Source: Polyangiaceae bacterium
Lineage (GTDB): Bacteria > Myxococcota_A > Polyangia > Polyangiales > Polyangiaceae
Reading direction: 5' to 3'
NCBI GenBank assembly: GCA_044376115.1
Contig: JBILLK010000010.1
Coordinates: 288,488 to 352,487 of the forward strand
DNA: 64,000 nucleotides
Below the pieces are notes generated by a model that was not told where the DNA came from, did not search any database, and saw only the letters and a list, made by a program, of their open reading frames with translations. Below, piece by piece: positions 20,914 through 30,961 of this stretch; position 1 is the first letter of the stretch, and each line of letters begins with the position of its first letter. Both the position numbers and the translations under genes were made by a program.

Positions 20914-21548
20914 GCTGACCTCTTGGACCGAGCAGCTTTCGCCAGCGTGCGCTTCGCTGAGGTAGCTGCCTTCGACGTACGCTTCGCTGGGGCCTTATCG
21001 GAGCTCTGGCGTTCCCGTCGCCTACTCCCTGAATCCCCCTGCTTACGATAGAGCTGCAAAAGACGCTCGGCCAAGAGCCGACGCTCGGCTTTGGAAGGTG
21101 GCGCAAGCTCGAGCAGATCCGCCATGAACAAGCCGTCGAGGGCGAGCCGCACCACGAGCGCCGAGGTCCTGTCTCCGCATTCTGCCAAGAGCTTGGCGTC
21201 CCACTCTGGATAACGAGCCCGAAGCGGCGCGATCAGCGCCGGGGCCATAGCGACGGCCGCGAGAAGCCCAACCGCCGTACGAACCTGCTCCGGATCCTCT
21301 GCGACCGAGGCGCGAATGTAGCTTTCGCCAAATGCGTCGGGAGAAAGGCGCTGATCGAAGCTCTCGAGCATGCTTTGAAGCAGGGCGGAGACCAGTTCCT
21401 CCTTGGACGCAAAGTGATAGAGCAGGCCGCCTTTGCTGACCTTGGCCTCTGCTGCCACGGCGTCCAGCGTAAGTGAACTGGACCCCAACCGCTGAATGAC
21501 ACGACCCGCAGCGGCCAACAGGGACTCGCGCTTCGAGGGTTTGGGCAT
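20910..21548 (-). CDS. TetR/AcrR-family regulator
   Basis: LTLDAVAAEAKVSKGGLLYHFASKEEL; VRLALDGL C-terminal motif. Confidence 0.94.
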   Translation of the reverse strand: MPKPSKRESLLAAAGRVIQRLGSSSLTLDAVAAEAKVSKGGLLYHFASKEELVSALLQSMLESFDQRLSPDAFGESYIRASVAEDPEQVRTAVGLLAAVAMAPALIAPLRARYPEWDAKLLAECGDRTSALVVRLALDGLFMADLLELAPPSKAERRLLAERLLQLYRKQGDSGSRRRERQSSDKAPAKRTSKAATSAKRTLAKAARSKRSA

Positions 21549-21552
21549 TGAG

Positions 21553-21583
21553 AATATATACCGTCCAGACGGTACAGTTTCAA
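21553..21583 (-). promoter_or_regulatory. TetR promoter with palindromic operator
   Basis: TTGAAA-17-TATATATT; operator TACCGTC-CA-GACGGTA (21559-21574) lies in the spacer. Confidence 0.7.
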
Positions 21584-21714
21584 GCCGTGCAAAGAATGAC
21601 GCACGCAGCGGTATCCCACTGCGTCAGATCACAACCCTCGACCGACAAAGCGACCCCGCCGGCAACCTCTTCCGAAGCCAAGACAAAACAGACCGCGACA
21701 AACCCTGGTCCCCT

Positions 21715-21736
21715 CTCCCCTGCATGGTTGCAGCTC
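21715..21736 (+). repeat. 22-bp direct repeat, copy 1
   Basis: CTCCCCTGCATGGTTGCAGCTC, identical at 22056-22077. Confidence 0.8.
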
Positions 21737-22055
21737 AGAGCTGATCCAAACGAGACTCGTTGCTTGGTTCCGTGAAGGGCGGCGAATGAATCCGTACCGC
21801 GACGAAGTGTTTGGACCTCCACCTGAGATATGACTCGAGATCGCGACAGCGCGTGCGCGACCGGAGAAGCCCCGGTCCCCGCAGGGCTTGGGCTGGTCCG
21901 CTGCTATCTGCCATAGCGTGCTACGGCTTTGCCCTCGTGAGGAAGCTGATCGCTAGGTATGTATCGGCAGTTGCATGGCTCTTAACACCCAGACGGCTTG
22001 GGGTCGTTTTGCTTCTGTCGGCGAGCCTTTTAATCCGCGCGTCGAACGCAACAGC

Positions 22056-22077
22056 CTCCCCTGCATGGTTGCAGCTC
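22056..22077 (+). repeat. 22-bp direct repeat, copy 2
   Basis: Identical to 21715-21736. Confidence 0.8.
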
Positions 22078-22287
22078 CAAGCCTTCCCCGAGGCACTAGC
22101 CCACTCCCGTACTAACCAGAAGCCACAGCCCAGGCTAAGTTCAGCCAATAGCGGCCAAACCTCCAGCCATGGCGATAACGCCCAAGCGGCTGCCCCCTCC
22201 AGCCACGCGCCGAGCGAAGCGAGAAGCCTGGCTAAGGAGGGGGAGCGCGCACAGCGAAGCGAGCACGCGGGGGAGGCATATCCAGCG

Positions 22288-23643
22288 TCAGACCAAGCCG
22301 ACCCTGCGCGCCAGGTCCGAGGTGAACACCGTCTTCGGATCGTACTTCGCTTTGATCGAGCGGAACTCGGGCAAGCGCGGGTACATCGCTGAGAAGGTCG
22401 CGGCGTCGAGGAAGGCGTCTTTGCCGAGATAGATGCGACCACCGGCTTCGCGAACCATCGCGTCCAGCCGCTTGGTGAGCGCAGCGGTGCCCTCGCGGAT
22501 CGGGAAGTCGATGGCGAAGGTGTAGCCCTCGAAGGGAAAGGAGAGATGCCCTCCGCTGGCAGCGCCCATGCGCTTGAGGATGTTCAAGAACGGCAGACTG
22601 CCCGACGAGACGATGGCCTCCAGGATGCTGCGCATTACCTGACGCCCACCCTCCATCGGGATCACGAACTGGTACTGGGTAAAGCCGCTCGGCCCGTAAC
22701 CGCGGTTCCAATGCGCTACCGCGTCGAGCGGGTAGAAGAACTTCTCGTAATGTGCAATCGCCCCGGCCTTCGCCAAGACCGTCTTGATCACGCCGTTCAC
22801 GAGACGCGCCGTAAGCGGGTTGAGCGTCGCCGACGGCAACTCGAAGGGCACGCCGACCAAAGCACCGCCTGAGAGCCGCAACGGCTCGGAGCGAAGCTTG
22901 GCCGGGAGATCCTCCACACGCGCGTGGTCACCGACCGTCAGCACACCGCGACCAAGGCGAGCCCCCGTCGCGATCGGATCGATGTAGGCCACCGAGTACG
23001 GATAGAGCGAGTCGGTCTCGGCGAAGGCGTCGAGCATCTGCTCGAGGTCGTTCACCACGATCGCCTTTTGCCGGTAGTACGTCGTCTCGATCTTGCGCAG
23101 GAGGATGGTGGCCTCCACCACGATGCCGAGCAGCCCCATCCCGCCGAAGCTAGCCCAGAACAGATCCTCGTTCTCGCTGCGACTCGCCGTGACCACGCTG
23201 CCGTCGGCCAGGAGCACCCGCATCGACACCACCGAGCGCGCGAACGAGCCCTGCGCGTGATGCCCTTTGCCGTGCACGTCATTGGCGATGCAACCACCGA
23301 CGGTGACGAACTTGGTGCCGGGCGTGATCATCGGGAAAAAGCCGCGCGGGCCGAAGGCGCTGATGATGCGGGCCAAACTCACGCCGCCTTCACACTGCAG
23401 CGTGCCGGTCGCCTCGTCGAAGTTCATGAAGCGATCGAGCCGGTGCAGGCCCATCACTTGGCCGCCCGAGTTCATCGCCGGGTCCCCGTAACTTCGGCCG
23501 AGACCACGCGGGATTGACCCGCGCTGATCGAGCGCGCGCCCGACCTCGCTCACCGTTTCCGGCTCGACCAGTTGGCTGAACCCACGCGGATAGAGCCCCC
23601 AACCAGAGACCTCGACCGAAGGCACGTCACGAGCTGCGGTCAT
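22288..23643 (-). CDS. FAD-linked oxidoreductase, DprE1-like
   Basis: RGLGRSYGD, TPGTKFVTVGGCIANDVHGK, QYQFVIP, LSFP, GGRIYLGKD. Confidence 0.85.
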   Translation of the reverse strand: MTAARDVPSVEVSGWGLYPRGFSQLVEPETVSEVGRALDQRGSIPRGLGRSYGDPAMNSGGQVMGLHRLDRFMNFDEATGTLQCEGGVSLARIISAFGPRGFFPMITPGTKFVTVGGCIANDVHGKGHHAQGSFARSVVSMRVLLADGSVVTASRSENEDLFWASFGGMGLLGIVVEATILLRKIETTYYRQKAIVVNDLEQMLDAFAETDSLYPYSVAYIDPIATGARLGRGVLTVGDHARVEDLPAKLRSEPLRLSGGALVGVPFELPSATLNPLTARLVNGVIKTVLAKAGAIAHYEKFFYPLDAVAHWNRGYGPSGFTQYQFVIPMEGGRQVMRSILEAIVSSGSLPFLNILKRMGAASGGHLSFPFEGYTFAIDFPIREGTAALTKRLDAMVREAGGRIYLGKDAFLDAATFSAMYPRLPEFRSIKAKYDPKTVFTSDLARRVGLV

Positions 23644-24572
23644 CAGCGACGCATCTCCACGCGCCGTTGCACCATGCCGCTCTTCATCACCATGTCGTAG
23701 GCCTCCTTCTCGAGCATGGGGTGGACGCCTCGCGGGGAGACGCCGCCCGGGTGCTTCTTGCGCGTGACGAAGCCCATCAGATACTGCACGTTCATCGCCT
23801 TCAGGTCCTGCAACACCTTGCGCATCTGCTTGGTGTTGTTGGCCCAGGCGTAGGCGAAGGCCTTGGCTCGCAAGAGCTGCGGCTTGAGGTCCTCGAAGGC
23901 GGCATCCGAGAGATCGAACTTCTCGAGCAGCTCGACAGCGCGCTTGGCCTCTCCCGAACGGGCGAAGGCTTCACCGACGATCGCCGTCAGCGTGGCGCGC
24001 GACTTGACCTCACTGTGTCGCCCGAGATCGATCTTATCGACCAGGTCTTTCGCCTCGTCGGTCTCACCGAGGATGAGGTGAATCATCGCCCGCTGGGCTC
24101 GAGCCTCATCTGCCACCGGGGCCATCACCTTGACCAGGTTGATCTGCTCGAGCGTGGCCAACGCCTTGCGCGGATCCTCCTGCATCTCCAGCTGGGCCTT
24201 GGCGAAGATCGCGGCCGTATCGTCCTTCTTGAAGTTGCTGTTGAGCTTCTCCAGCGCCTCTTTGCGGCCCTCCGGCGTGTCAGCGTTCTGGAGGATTTGC
24301 ACCACGGCGCGCGAGCGCTGCGCGTAGCGCACGGCCCAGATCGTGATGCCGATCAGCGCAAGCGTGATCACGCCCATGATCGCCGGCAAGATCCAGCCGC
24401 CAACCCAAATGGCGAAGGCCCACCCGAGCAGCACCGGAATACCGATCCGCAGGCCCATCTTGCGAAGGTTCTCGGACGAAAGCGGGTCCGGTGCGACCTG
24501 CTTCTTGCGCGAATCGGTGACGAGCTTCTCTCGCTCTTTGGCTGCGAGCTTATTGGATGAAGGCTTTGCCAC
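23643..24572 (-). CDS. Membrane-anchored TPR-like helical protein
   Basis: 2 N-terminal TM followed by helical repeats; stop abuts start of DprE1-like gene. Confidence 0.7.
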   Translation of the reverse strand: MAKPSSNKLAAKEREKLVTDSRKKQVAPDPLSSENLRKMGLRIGIPVLLGWAFAIWVGGWILPAIMGVITLALIGITIWAVRYAQRSRAVVQILQNADTPEGRKEALEKLNSNFKKDDTAAIFAKAQLEMQEDPRKALATLEQINLVKVMAPVADEARAQRAMIHLILGETDEAKDLVDKIDLGRHSEVKSRATLTAIVGEAFARSGEAKRAVELLEKFDLSDAAFEDLKPQLLRAKAFAYAWANNTKQMRKVLQDLKAMNVQYLMGFVTRKKHPGGVSPRGVHPMLEKEAYDMVMKSGMVQRRVEMRR

Positions 24573-24637
24573 AGGAACTCTCCGCGTCCCGAGTGCGGGA
24601 CTGGGAGGCTCTTAGTTCCACGCCCCGGGGGTGGGAA

Positions 24638-25936
24638 CTAGGAAATGACCTCAGAACGAGTCTCGGGCGGGATGGTGTTACCGCTGTGCGTGGCCGTTGG
24701 GTCCTTGAGACCCATCGTGGTTTCACGGAAATGCAGGAAGATGGTCTGCAAAAGTGACAGGCAGGGCACGGCAAAGAGTGCACCTTTGATCTGAAAGAAG
24801 TGCTCGCCGACGAGCAACGAGAAGACCACCAGCACCGGGTGAATCTTGGCCGAATCCCCGATGATCTTGGGGTTGAGGAAGTTCGCCTCGACCTGGTGGA
24901 TGCCGATGATCCAAGCCAACACGGCGAAAGCGGTGCCCGGCGACTGGGTGAGCCCGATGGCCACCGCCGGGAAAGCCGACACGATCGACCCGAAGATCGG
25001 GATCAGCGAGCCGATCGCGGCGATCAGCGCCATCAGCGGCCAATACTTCAGGTCAAACAGCCAAAAGCCGATCGCCGAGAGCACGCCGTTCACCAGACAG
25101 ATCAAGAGCTGCCCACGTACGACGCCCGAAAGCCCACGGTCCAACCGACGCAACAAACGGTCGAATGAATCCTGGGACGAGCGCAGAAATAGCTCGCGAA
25201 AGAACCTGAGAATTCGCTCGTGGGTGAGCATCATGTAACCCCCGAGCATCAAGGTCATGAACAGGTTGAAGATGCCGCGCGATACGGCGCTGACGATCTT
25301 CTGCCCGAGCTTGATGATCTCGACCGAGTTCTCAGCGACGTATTGCGAGGCGCGATCGAGAGCTTTGCGCAGCAGCGCTTTGCTGCCGGTGGCCTTTTCA
25401 CGCTCGACCTGCTCGACGCGCCAGGTGCCCTCGTTGACCTGACGAAACTGCGTGCGCTCATTGACGTGGACCTCGAAGCCGCCGTCTTCCCGCGGCGTGA
25501 TCAGTAGCGGGGCATCGGACTTGGGGCGATCGACTTCGGCAGGCGGTTCGGGCTCCTCGGCCTGTTGACCCATGACACTGGCCAAACGCTCATCGATCGC
25601 CGGCCCCCACTTGGTCTCCGCTTGCTCGATCAGATGGGGCACCTCGCTTTTGAAGGCCCGCACCTCGTTGATCATGCTGGGCATGATTACGGCGATGAAG
25701 CCGCCGATGGCGCCCAGCACCACCACATAAACGAGCAAAATGGCGGCGAATCGCGGGACGCGCAGCTTCTCGATGCGCAGCACCAACGGCAGCAGGATGT
25801 AGGCCACCAGCAGGCCGAGCACGAAGGGCAGCAGCACCTCGTTGGAGACGATCAGAATGGCGACCAGCGCAATCGCGCTGATCCACAGAAAGGCGAGCCG
25901 CTGACGGCGCTTGGGGTCCTCTCGATTGTCGCTCAT
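24638..25936 (-). CDS. AI-2E (PerM) family transporter
   Basis: LLPFVLGLLVAYILLP, VRGQLLIC, IPIFGS, NFLNPKIIG..AKIHP, GALFAVP. Confidence 0.9.
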   Translation of the reverse strand: MSDNREDPKRRQRLAFLWISAIALVAILIVSNEVLLPFVLGLLVAYILLPLVLRIEKLRVPRFAAILLVYVVVLGAIGGFIAVIMPSMINEVRAFKSEVPHLIEQAETKWGPAIDERLASVMGQQAEEPEPPAEVDRPKSDAPLLITPREDGGFEVHVNERTQFRQVNEGTWRVEQVEREKATGSKALLRKALDRASQYVAENSVEIIKLGQKIVSAVSRGIFNLFMTLMLGGYMMLTHERILRFFRELFLRSSQDSFDRLLRRLDRGLSGVVRGQLLICLVNGVLSAIGFWLFDLKYWPLMALIAAIGSLIPIFGSIVSAFPAVAIGLTQSPGTAFAVLAWIIGIHQVEANFLNPKIIGDSAKIHPVLVVFSLLVGEHFFQIKGALFAVPCLSLLQTIFLHFRETTMGLKDPTATHSGNTIPPETRSEVIS

Positions 25937-26103
25937 GGGTGCGTTCTCGCGGCTAGTGGAAGGGCGCGTGAAGCTATCACGATACGAACTCTCAGGAGCC
26001 CAGCGTCACCGAAAGTCCATCTTGGTGACAGCGGAACGCCCTTCGACGCAAACCATGCAACCGGCACTTGAATCGCAAAGACCCCCGGTTCAGAGTGCTC
26101 CCG

Positions 26104-27039
26104 ATGCACCCTCTTACCTTCGTTTCCCGTCGTTGCTTGTCGTTCGTAGCCTTCTCCGCGCTGGTTTCGGCGTGCGCCGCCGGGGGTACCGGGTCGGGTG
26201 GTAGCGACGCGGACGGAGGCAACGGTGGTGGTGGTAGCTCGGCGGGGGGTGCTCCGGCTGGCGGCAGCGGCGGGGACGGCGGAAACACTGGCTCGGCCGG
26301 CGGTTTCCAGGTCGGCGGTGGCGGGAGTGGCGGCGGCTTCGTCGGCAAGGCGGAGGTGTTCGGTCATTCCAAGTCTGCCCTGTTCCGGTTGGACCCGGAG
26401 ACGAAAGCGGTAGGTAACGTCGGTCCCTTCTCAGGCGCCTCCAACATTGAGGACATTGCGCTCGACAAGGACTCCAACTTGTATGGCACCAACGCCGAAG
26501 GCCTTTACTCGATCGATAAAGTCACCGCCGAGTGCACGTTGATCGCGGCTGGCGATTACCCGAACTCGCTCTCCTTCGTGCCGGCCGGCACGCTCGATCC
26601 GAATCAGGAGGCGCTCGTCGGCTTCCTCGACGATCAATACGTCCGCATCAACGTTGGCACCGGAAACATCACGCCGATCGGCTCCCCCTGGAACAACGAC
26701 TTTGTTTCGAGCGGTGACGTGGTCTCGGTGAAAAACGGCCCCACCTACCTGACGATCAAAGACGCTCCCGGGCAGCCAACCGTGACCTGCAAAGACTGCT
26801 TGGTGGAGATCAATCCGGCCACTGGCGCCATCATCCAGAGCTTTGGTCCGCTCGGGTTCGAGAAGGTGTTCGGCACGGCCTTCTGGGCCGGCAGCGTGTA
26901 CGGCTTCACCAATCAGGGTGAGCTGTTCGAGATCACGATCCAGAACGGGACGCCCATCACCACGCTGATCACCACGCCCGACGGGCTGAGTTTCTGGGGC
27001 GCAGGCTCCACCACCTCGGCACCGCCGGTGCCGCAATGA
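26104..27039 (+). CDS. Gly-linker lipoprotein, beta-propeller-like
   Basis: VSAC lipobox, Gly-rich linker, repeated beta strands, FWGAGSTT end. Confidence 0.75.
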   Translation: MHPLTFVSRRCLSFVAFSALVSACAAGGTGSGGSDADGGNGGGGSSAGGAPAGGSGGDGGNTGSAGGFQVGGGGSGGGFVGKAEVFGHSKSALFRLDPETKAVGNVGPFSGASNIEDIALDKDSNLYGTNAEGLYSIDKVTAECTLIAAGDYPNSLSFVPAGTLDPNQEALVGFLDDQYVRINVGTGNITPIGSPWNNDFVSSGDVVSVKNGPTYLTIKDAPGQPTVTCKDCLVEINPATGAIIQSFGPLGFEKVFGTAFWAGSVYGFTNQGELFEITIQNGTPITTLITTPDGLSFWGAGSTTSAPPVPQ

Positions 27040-28211
27040 GGTTTGGCCTGCTGACTTTGGCTGCACTTTGTGCGGCAGGCTGCGTCTCCAAAGAGCCGAT
27101 CGAACGTGAAGGCGGCGGCGGCACTACCGCCGACGGTGCAGGCGGCTCCGGCGGCGTTGTCACGACCGGCTCCGGCGCGAGCAGCGCGAACGGTGGAGGC
27201 GGCAATGGCGGCTCCGGCAACGGTGGCAACGGCGGCTCAGCTGGCCCAGGAGGCTCGGCTCCGTGTCCGGACGGCGTTACCTGTGTGGGGACGTTTGTTT
27301 TTGTTGAGCAGACCAACACCGCAAGCGGCGCTACTTCTGATTCCGTCGACTCCTACGCCTGCGCTCCGGCCACCAATGAGAGCGGCCCTGAGCTGATCTA
27401 CCGCGTAGACCTACCGAGCGCGGGCTTTCTCAGCGCAGCCATCTACGACGACGCTGGCACCGACATCGACGTGCACCTGCTATCCGCCTTCAACCCGGCA
27501 GCGCCGTCGGGCGACGGCTGTATCGCACGCGGCGACAAACAGGCCGCGGCCAATGTCCCCGCCGGCTCAGCCTGGGTGATCGCCGATACCTGGGTAAACG
27601 GCTCAGGCACCGAGCTATCTGGCCCCTTCAAGATCGAGATTGGCTTCATTCCAGTGCCCACCGGCGCGTGTGAAATGGAGACTGGGGAGATGGCTCGCGT
27701 GGGAGACGGTGGCAATCACTTAGCGATGCCCGCCACAGGCCCGGTAGTGATGGAGGCACATTTGGTCACCGCTGCAGAGCCCGCCCCCTTCCCTAGCAGC
27801 GCTACCGATGAATTGGCTGAGCACTACGCGTTATCGCAGCAGACCACCAAGCTCGTAATGCAGCGCAATCAAGTATGGGCGCCGCTCGAAGGTGGTGACT
27901 TTTACGGTGCTGGCATTTCGGACCCGGGGGACTTCCCGGTGGCCCACGAGGGTTGGTACGTAAATATGTATTGGACGCCCGCAGCAAGGCCGCCGGCAGG
28001 CACCAAGATGATCCTGCGCAGCGCAGCGGATCCTTCGCGCGCTGTGGTAGTTGCGGCTGGTTATGAGACTGGCCCCGGGGATCTCTCGCGCATCGGCGGC
28101 ACGACCGAGGAGGTACATTATTATCTCGGCACCGACCACGATAGTGAGATGACGCTCGGCATCGCCAGTGATCAATCGTTGCCCTTTGGGCCGATGACCT
28201 GCACGAACTGA
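27036..28211 (+). CDS. Gly-linker lipoprotein
   Basis: AAGC lipobox, ATGA overlap with upstream gene, ESGPELIY PPC-like domain. Confidence 0.75.
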   Translation: MRFGLLTLAALCAAGCVSKEPIEREGGGGTTADGAGGSGGVVTTGSGASSANGGGGNGGSGNGGNGGSAGPGGSAPCPDGVTCVGTFVFVEQTNTASGATSDSVDSYACAPATNESGPELIYRVDLPSAGFLSAAIYDDAGTDIDVHLLSAFNPAAPSGDGCIARGDKQAAANVPAGSAWVIADTWVNGSGTELSGPFKIEIGFIPVPTGACEMETGEMARVGDGGNHLAMPATGPVVMEAHLVTAAEPAPFPSSATDELAEHYALSQQTTKLVMQRNQVWAPLEGGDFYGAGISDPGDFPVAHEGWYVNMYWTPAARPPAGTKMILRSAADPSRAVVVAAGYETGPGDLSRIGGTTEEVHYYLGTDHDSEMTLGIASDQSLPFGPMTCTN

Positions 28212-28293
28212 CGGCCGAGTCTGCGGAGCTCGGTGAGTCGAAGCGACACCTAGCTTTTGTGCGCGTGACCAGCGCTTAAGCTAGGCTTCGCTG

Positions 28294-29376
28294 GTGCGTC
28301 GCCTTTCTTACCTGCTCGCCCTCGGCTCGCTGCTGTTGTCCTGCAAAGACCCAACGCAGGTCATGTTGCAAATCACCACCGATCTCGAGTGTCCGTCGAC
28401 TGGCCCGCTGGCCGAAAGTACACTTCGCTTGGTTTCGGTGGGCATCGCTGGTGCAGCCAAACTGAACCAGAATGAGGTCCAGATCTTCAACGCCGAGACC
28501 AGCTCGTGCGAAACGGCAGGCACGGTGGGTTCACTGGTGCTGGTTCCCGCTGAGGGCCGCGATGGGGACCTGATTGATGTGTTGGTGGTGGCCGCAGTTG
28601 AAGGCGCGTTTGGCGCGGGCACCCTCGCTGATTGCGAGATCGCGCGCAAAAACATGGATACGGAAAAGCTGGGCTCGTGCATCGTCGCCCGGCGCCGCGT
28701 AGGCTTCATCAAGAGCCGGCCGCTCTACCTGCCTATCGAGCTCGACAGCGACTGTCTTGGGAAGCTGTGCGACGAGAACTCAACCTGCTTTCAAGGAAAC
28801 TGCGTTGAGGCGACCGTGAGCTGCGATGAAGCGGGCAACTGTGAAATGCCCGCTGAAACAGGCGGCGGCGGGTCGGGCGCCGGACCGAGCAACGGCGGCG
28901 GTGGCAGCGGCGGGTCTGGCAACGGTGGCTCTGGCAACGGTGGCGCTGGCAACGGTGGGGCTGGCAACGGTGGCTCCGGCAACGGCGGCGACGGCGGCAC
29001 GACCAGCAACGGAGGCAATGGTGGCGACGGCGGCACCACCAGCGGGGGCAACGGTGGCGATGGCGGCACCACCAGCGGGGGCAACGGTGGCGATGGGGGC
29101 TCGATTAGCTCCGGCAATGGCGGATTTGGCGGTATGGGCGGTATGGGCGGCTCGGCCAGCTCCGGCAACGGTGGATTTGGCGGTATGGGCGGTATGGGCG
29201 GCAGCGCGGGCAACGGCGGCAGCACCAGCTCCGGTCTAGGTGGCGGCCTCTCCAACTGCCCCATTCCAGTCAATCCTCAAAACTGCCAGCAGTGCATGGC
29301 CCAGTGCGGATTGCAGCCTGAATGCGAGGCTATGTGCGTTCCAAACCCGTTTGCGTGCGCCTGCGGAGCTATCTAG
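28294..29376 (+). CDS. Cys-rich lipoprotein with long Gly-rich tail
   Basis: LLSC lipobox, CIVARRR, GNGG repeats, terminal Cys cluster. Confidence 0.75.
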   Translation: MRRLSYLLALGSLLLSCKDPTQVMLQITTDLECPSTGPLAESTLRLVSVGIAGAAKLNQNEVQIFNAETSSCETAGTVGSLVLVPAEGRDGDLIDVLVVAAVEGAFGAGTLADCEIARKNMDTEKLGSCIVARRRVGFIKSRPLYLPIELDSDCLGKLCDENSTCFQGNCVEATVSCDEAGNCEMPAETGGGGSGAGPSNGGGGSGGSGNGGSGNGGAGNGGAGNGGSGNGGDGGTTSNGGNGGDGGTTSGGNGGDGGTTSGGNGGDGGSISSGNGGFGGMGGMGGSASSGNGGFGGMGGMGGSAGNGGSTSSGLGGGLSNCPIPVNPQNCQQCMAQCGLQPECEAMCVPNPFACACGAI

Positions 29377-29400
29377 CCACCGCACACGCTAGGCCAACTC

Positions 29401-30834
29401 TCACGCGCTACGCATCATTCGCCTTCGCGACATCAGCGCAGCGCTGGCCACGAGCATGCCGCCGAAGATGAAGTAGGAGCTACGCGGGGTCTCCCCCGGC
29501 TGGATGACGCGCGGGATGAGGCCGCTCGGGCAAGCGCCTTCCGGCTCCAGGGCGATGACCGCTTGCGGAAGGTTGGTGACGTAGTCCTGCGACTCGGAGG
29601 CCGAGAGCGTTAGGTCCTGATCGAGCGCGGCGCGCGGAAGGTTGGCCTCCAGCCGGGTGATCCAGGTGAGGTTGGGGCGCAGGCCGGTCAGCGCTACCGC
29701 CATATCATCCGCCCCGGTGCAGCCTAGGGCACGAACGTCGAGCTCACCTTCTTGCACCGTGCCACAAGCCGCTGAGTCCCAGGGCTCGCCCGGCGGGCAC
29801 GGGTTGACCACCCGGGCCGAAGCGTCAATCAGGCCTAGTTGGCATTGTGTGGTGGTTTCATTGTTGACGAAGGCCTGATTCAGGTAGCTCGCCACCATGC
29901 CGTCCGAACCGTCAAAGTCATTAAAGAAGAATGGCGCTTCGCCGGCGAAGGCGGTCAGAAAGCTACGCCCCTCGTTCTGCGCTAACGCTGTTTCTCGCAG
30001 CTCGGTGTAGTTCGACTCGGAGGTCTTGAAGTTCCAAGAAAGGAGGCTCTGTTGAATGGCCACTTCGGAGAAGTTGGCGGTGGTGTAGCGGCCCTCCGAG
30101 AGGACATACAGCACAATCGGAGTAAAGGCGCCTGTGCCGATACCCACCATACGCAGCGGCAAGCTGAGGTTCATCCCCTCCATCACCACGCGCACCGGCG
30201 TCATCTGCTGAATGCCTTTGCCGGGCTGGAGGCGCAAAGCGATAAAGTCGAAGCCTTCGGCTACATAGCTATCGATGATCGGCTGCGTGGACGGGTCTAC
30301 GTTGTAGCCGTGCTCCGACAACCAGGTGTTGAGCGCGCCCGGCTCGTCCGTGCCGAGGGTCACTGTTTCATACGGGCCCACGGTGCCCTGGTGGAGGACC
30401 TCCACCGTGGGATTGCCGGACTCCTCAAAATCTCCGCCGGCCGCCAGATCGTTCGAGACCAAACAGCCGCTCGAGGAACCACCACCACAATCGAGCTGCG
30501 GGGGGATCACGCGCAGCGCCGTATTGGCCTCGAGCACCTCGAAGAAAGCGGCGGTTGACGCCTCCACCCGCGCGCCCGCCTTGACCGGCAACACCCAGGC
30601 GAAGTCTTCAGGCTCACCGGAGTATTGGATCTGATCCCACAACACCGACTGCGTAGGCGAGACCGACATCACCATGCGATGCCCAGTCACCACCGTCGGC
30701 GGATCTTGCGGCGCGAAGCAGCCGCCACAGGCTTTGGCTTCCCGCGGCTGCGCCAACACCAAGCCAAGGGCACCGAGCAGGCCCAAACTCGAAACGAAGG
30801 AGGAGGTAAGGAAGGAAGCTTTGGTTCGGGTCAT
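29401..30834 (-). CDS. DUF2330-family secreted protein
   Basis: AKA-CGGCF, FAWVLPV, VGPYE, LPLRM, C-terminal TM plus RRR. Confidence 0.82.
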   Translation of the reverse strand: MTRTKASFLTSSFVSSLGLLGALGLVLAQPREAKACGGCFAPQDPPTVVTGHRMVMSVSPTQSVLWDQIQYSGEPEDFAWVLPVKAGARVEASTAAFFEVLEANTALRVIPPQLDCGGGSSSGCLVSNDLAAGGDFEESGNPTVEVLHQGTVGPYETVTLGTDEPGALNTWLSEHGYNVDPSTQPIIDSYVAEGFDFIALRLQPGKGIQQMTPVRVVMEGMNLSLPLRMVGIGTGAFTPIVLYVLSEGRYTTANFSEVAIQQSLLSWNFKTSESNYTELRETALAQNEGRSFLTAFAGEAPFFFNDFDGSDGMVASYLNQAFVNNETTTQCQLGLIDASARVVNPCPPGEPWDSAACGTVQEGELDVRALGCTGADDMAVALTGLRPNLTWITRLEANLPRAALDQDLTLSASESQDYVTNLPQAVIALEPEGACPSGLIPRVIQPGETPRSSYFIFGGMLVASAALMSRRRMMRSA

Positions 30835-30961
30835 GGCGCTGACCACAAAGCAATTCTCGGACCAGGTCTGGCCCTCAAAGATTCCCAATACTTGTGCTCA
30901 TCGCCGATGAACGCGGGCCAAGTTGGGCCACGCGTAATGCAGCAGCCGCCGGCATAGCCGC

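Noticed and set aside
21811..22442. ORFs across the TetR-DprE1 gap
   Set aside because: No motifs, low-complexity composition, overlap with the DprE1-like gene.
28860..29250. Gly-rich repeats as a CRISPR array or mobile repeat
   Set aside because: In-frame low-complexity linkers, no unique spacers, no cas genes.
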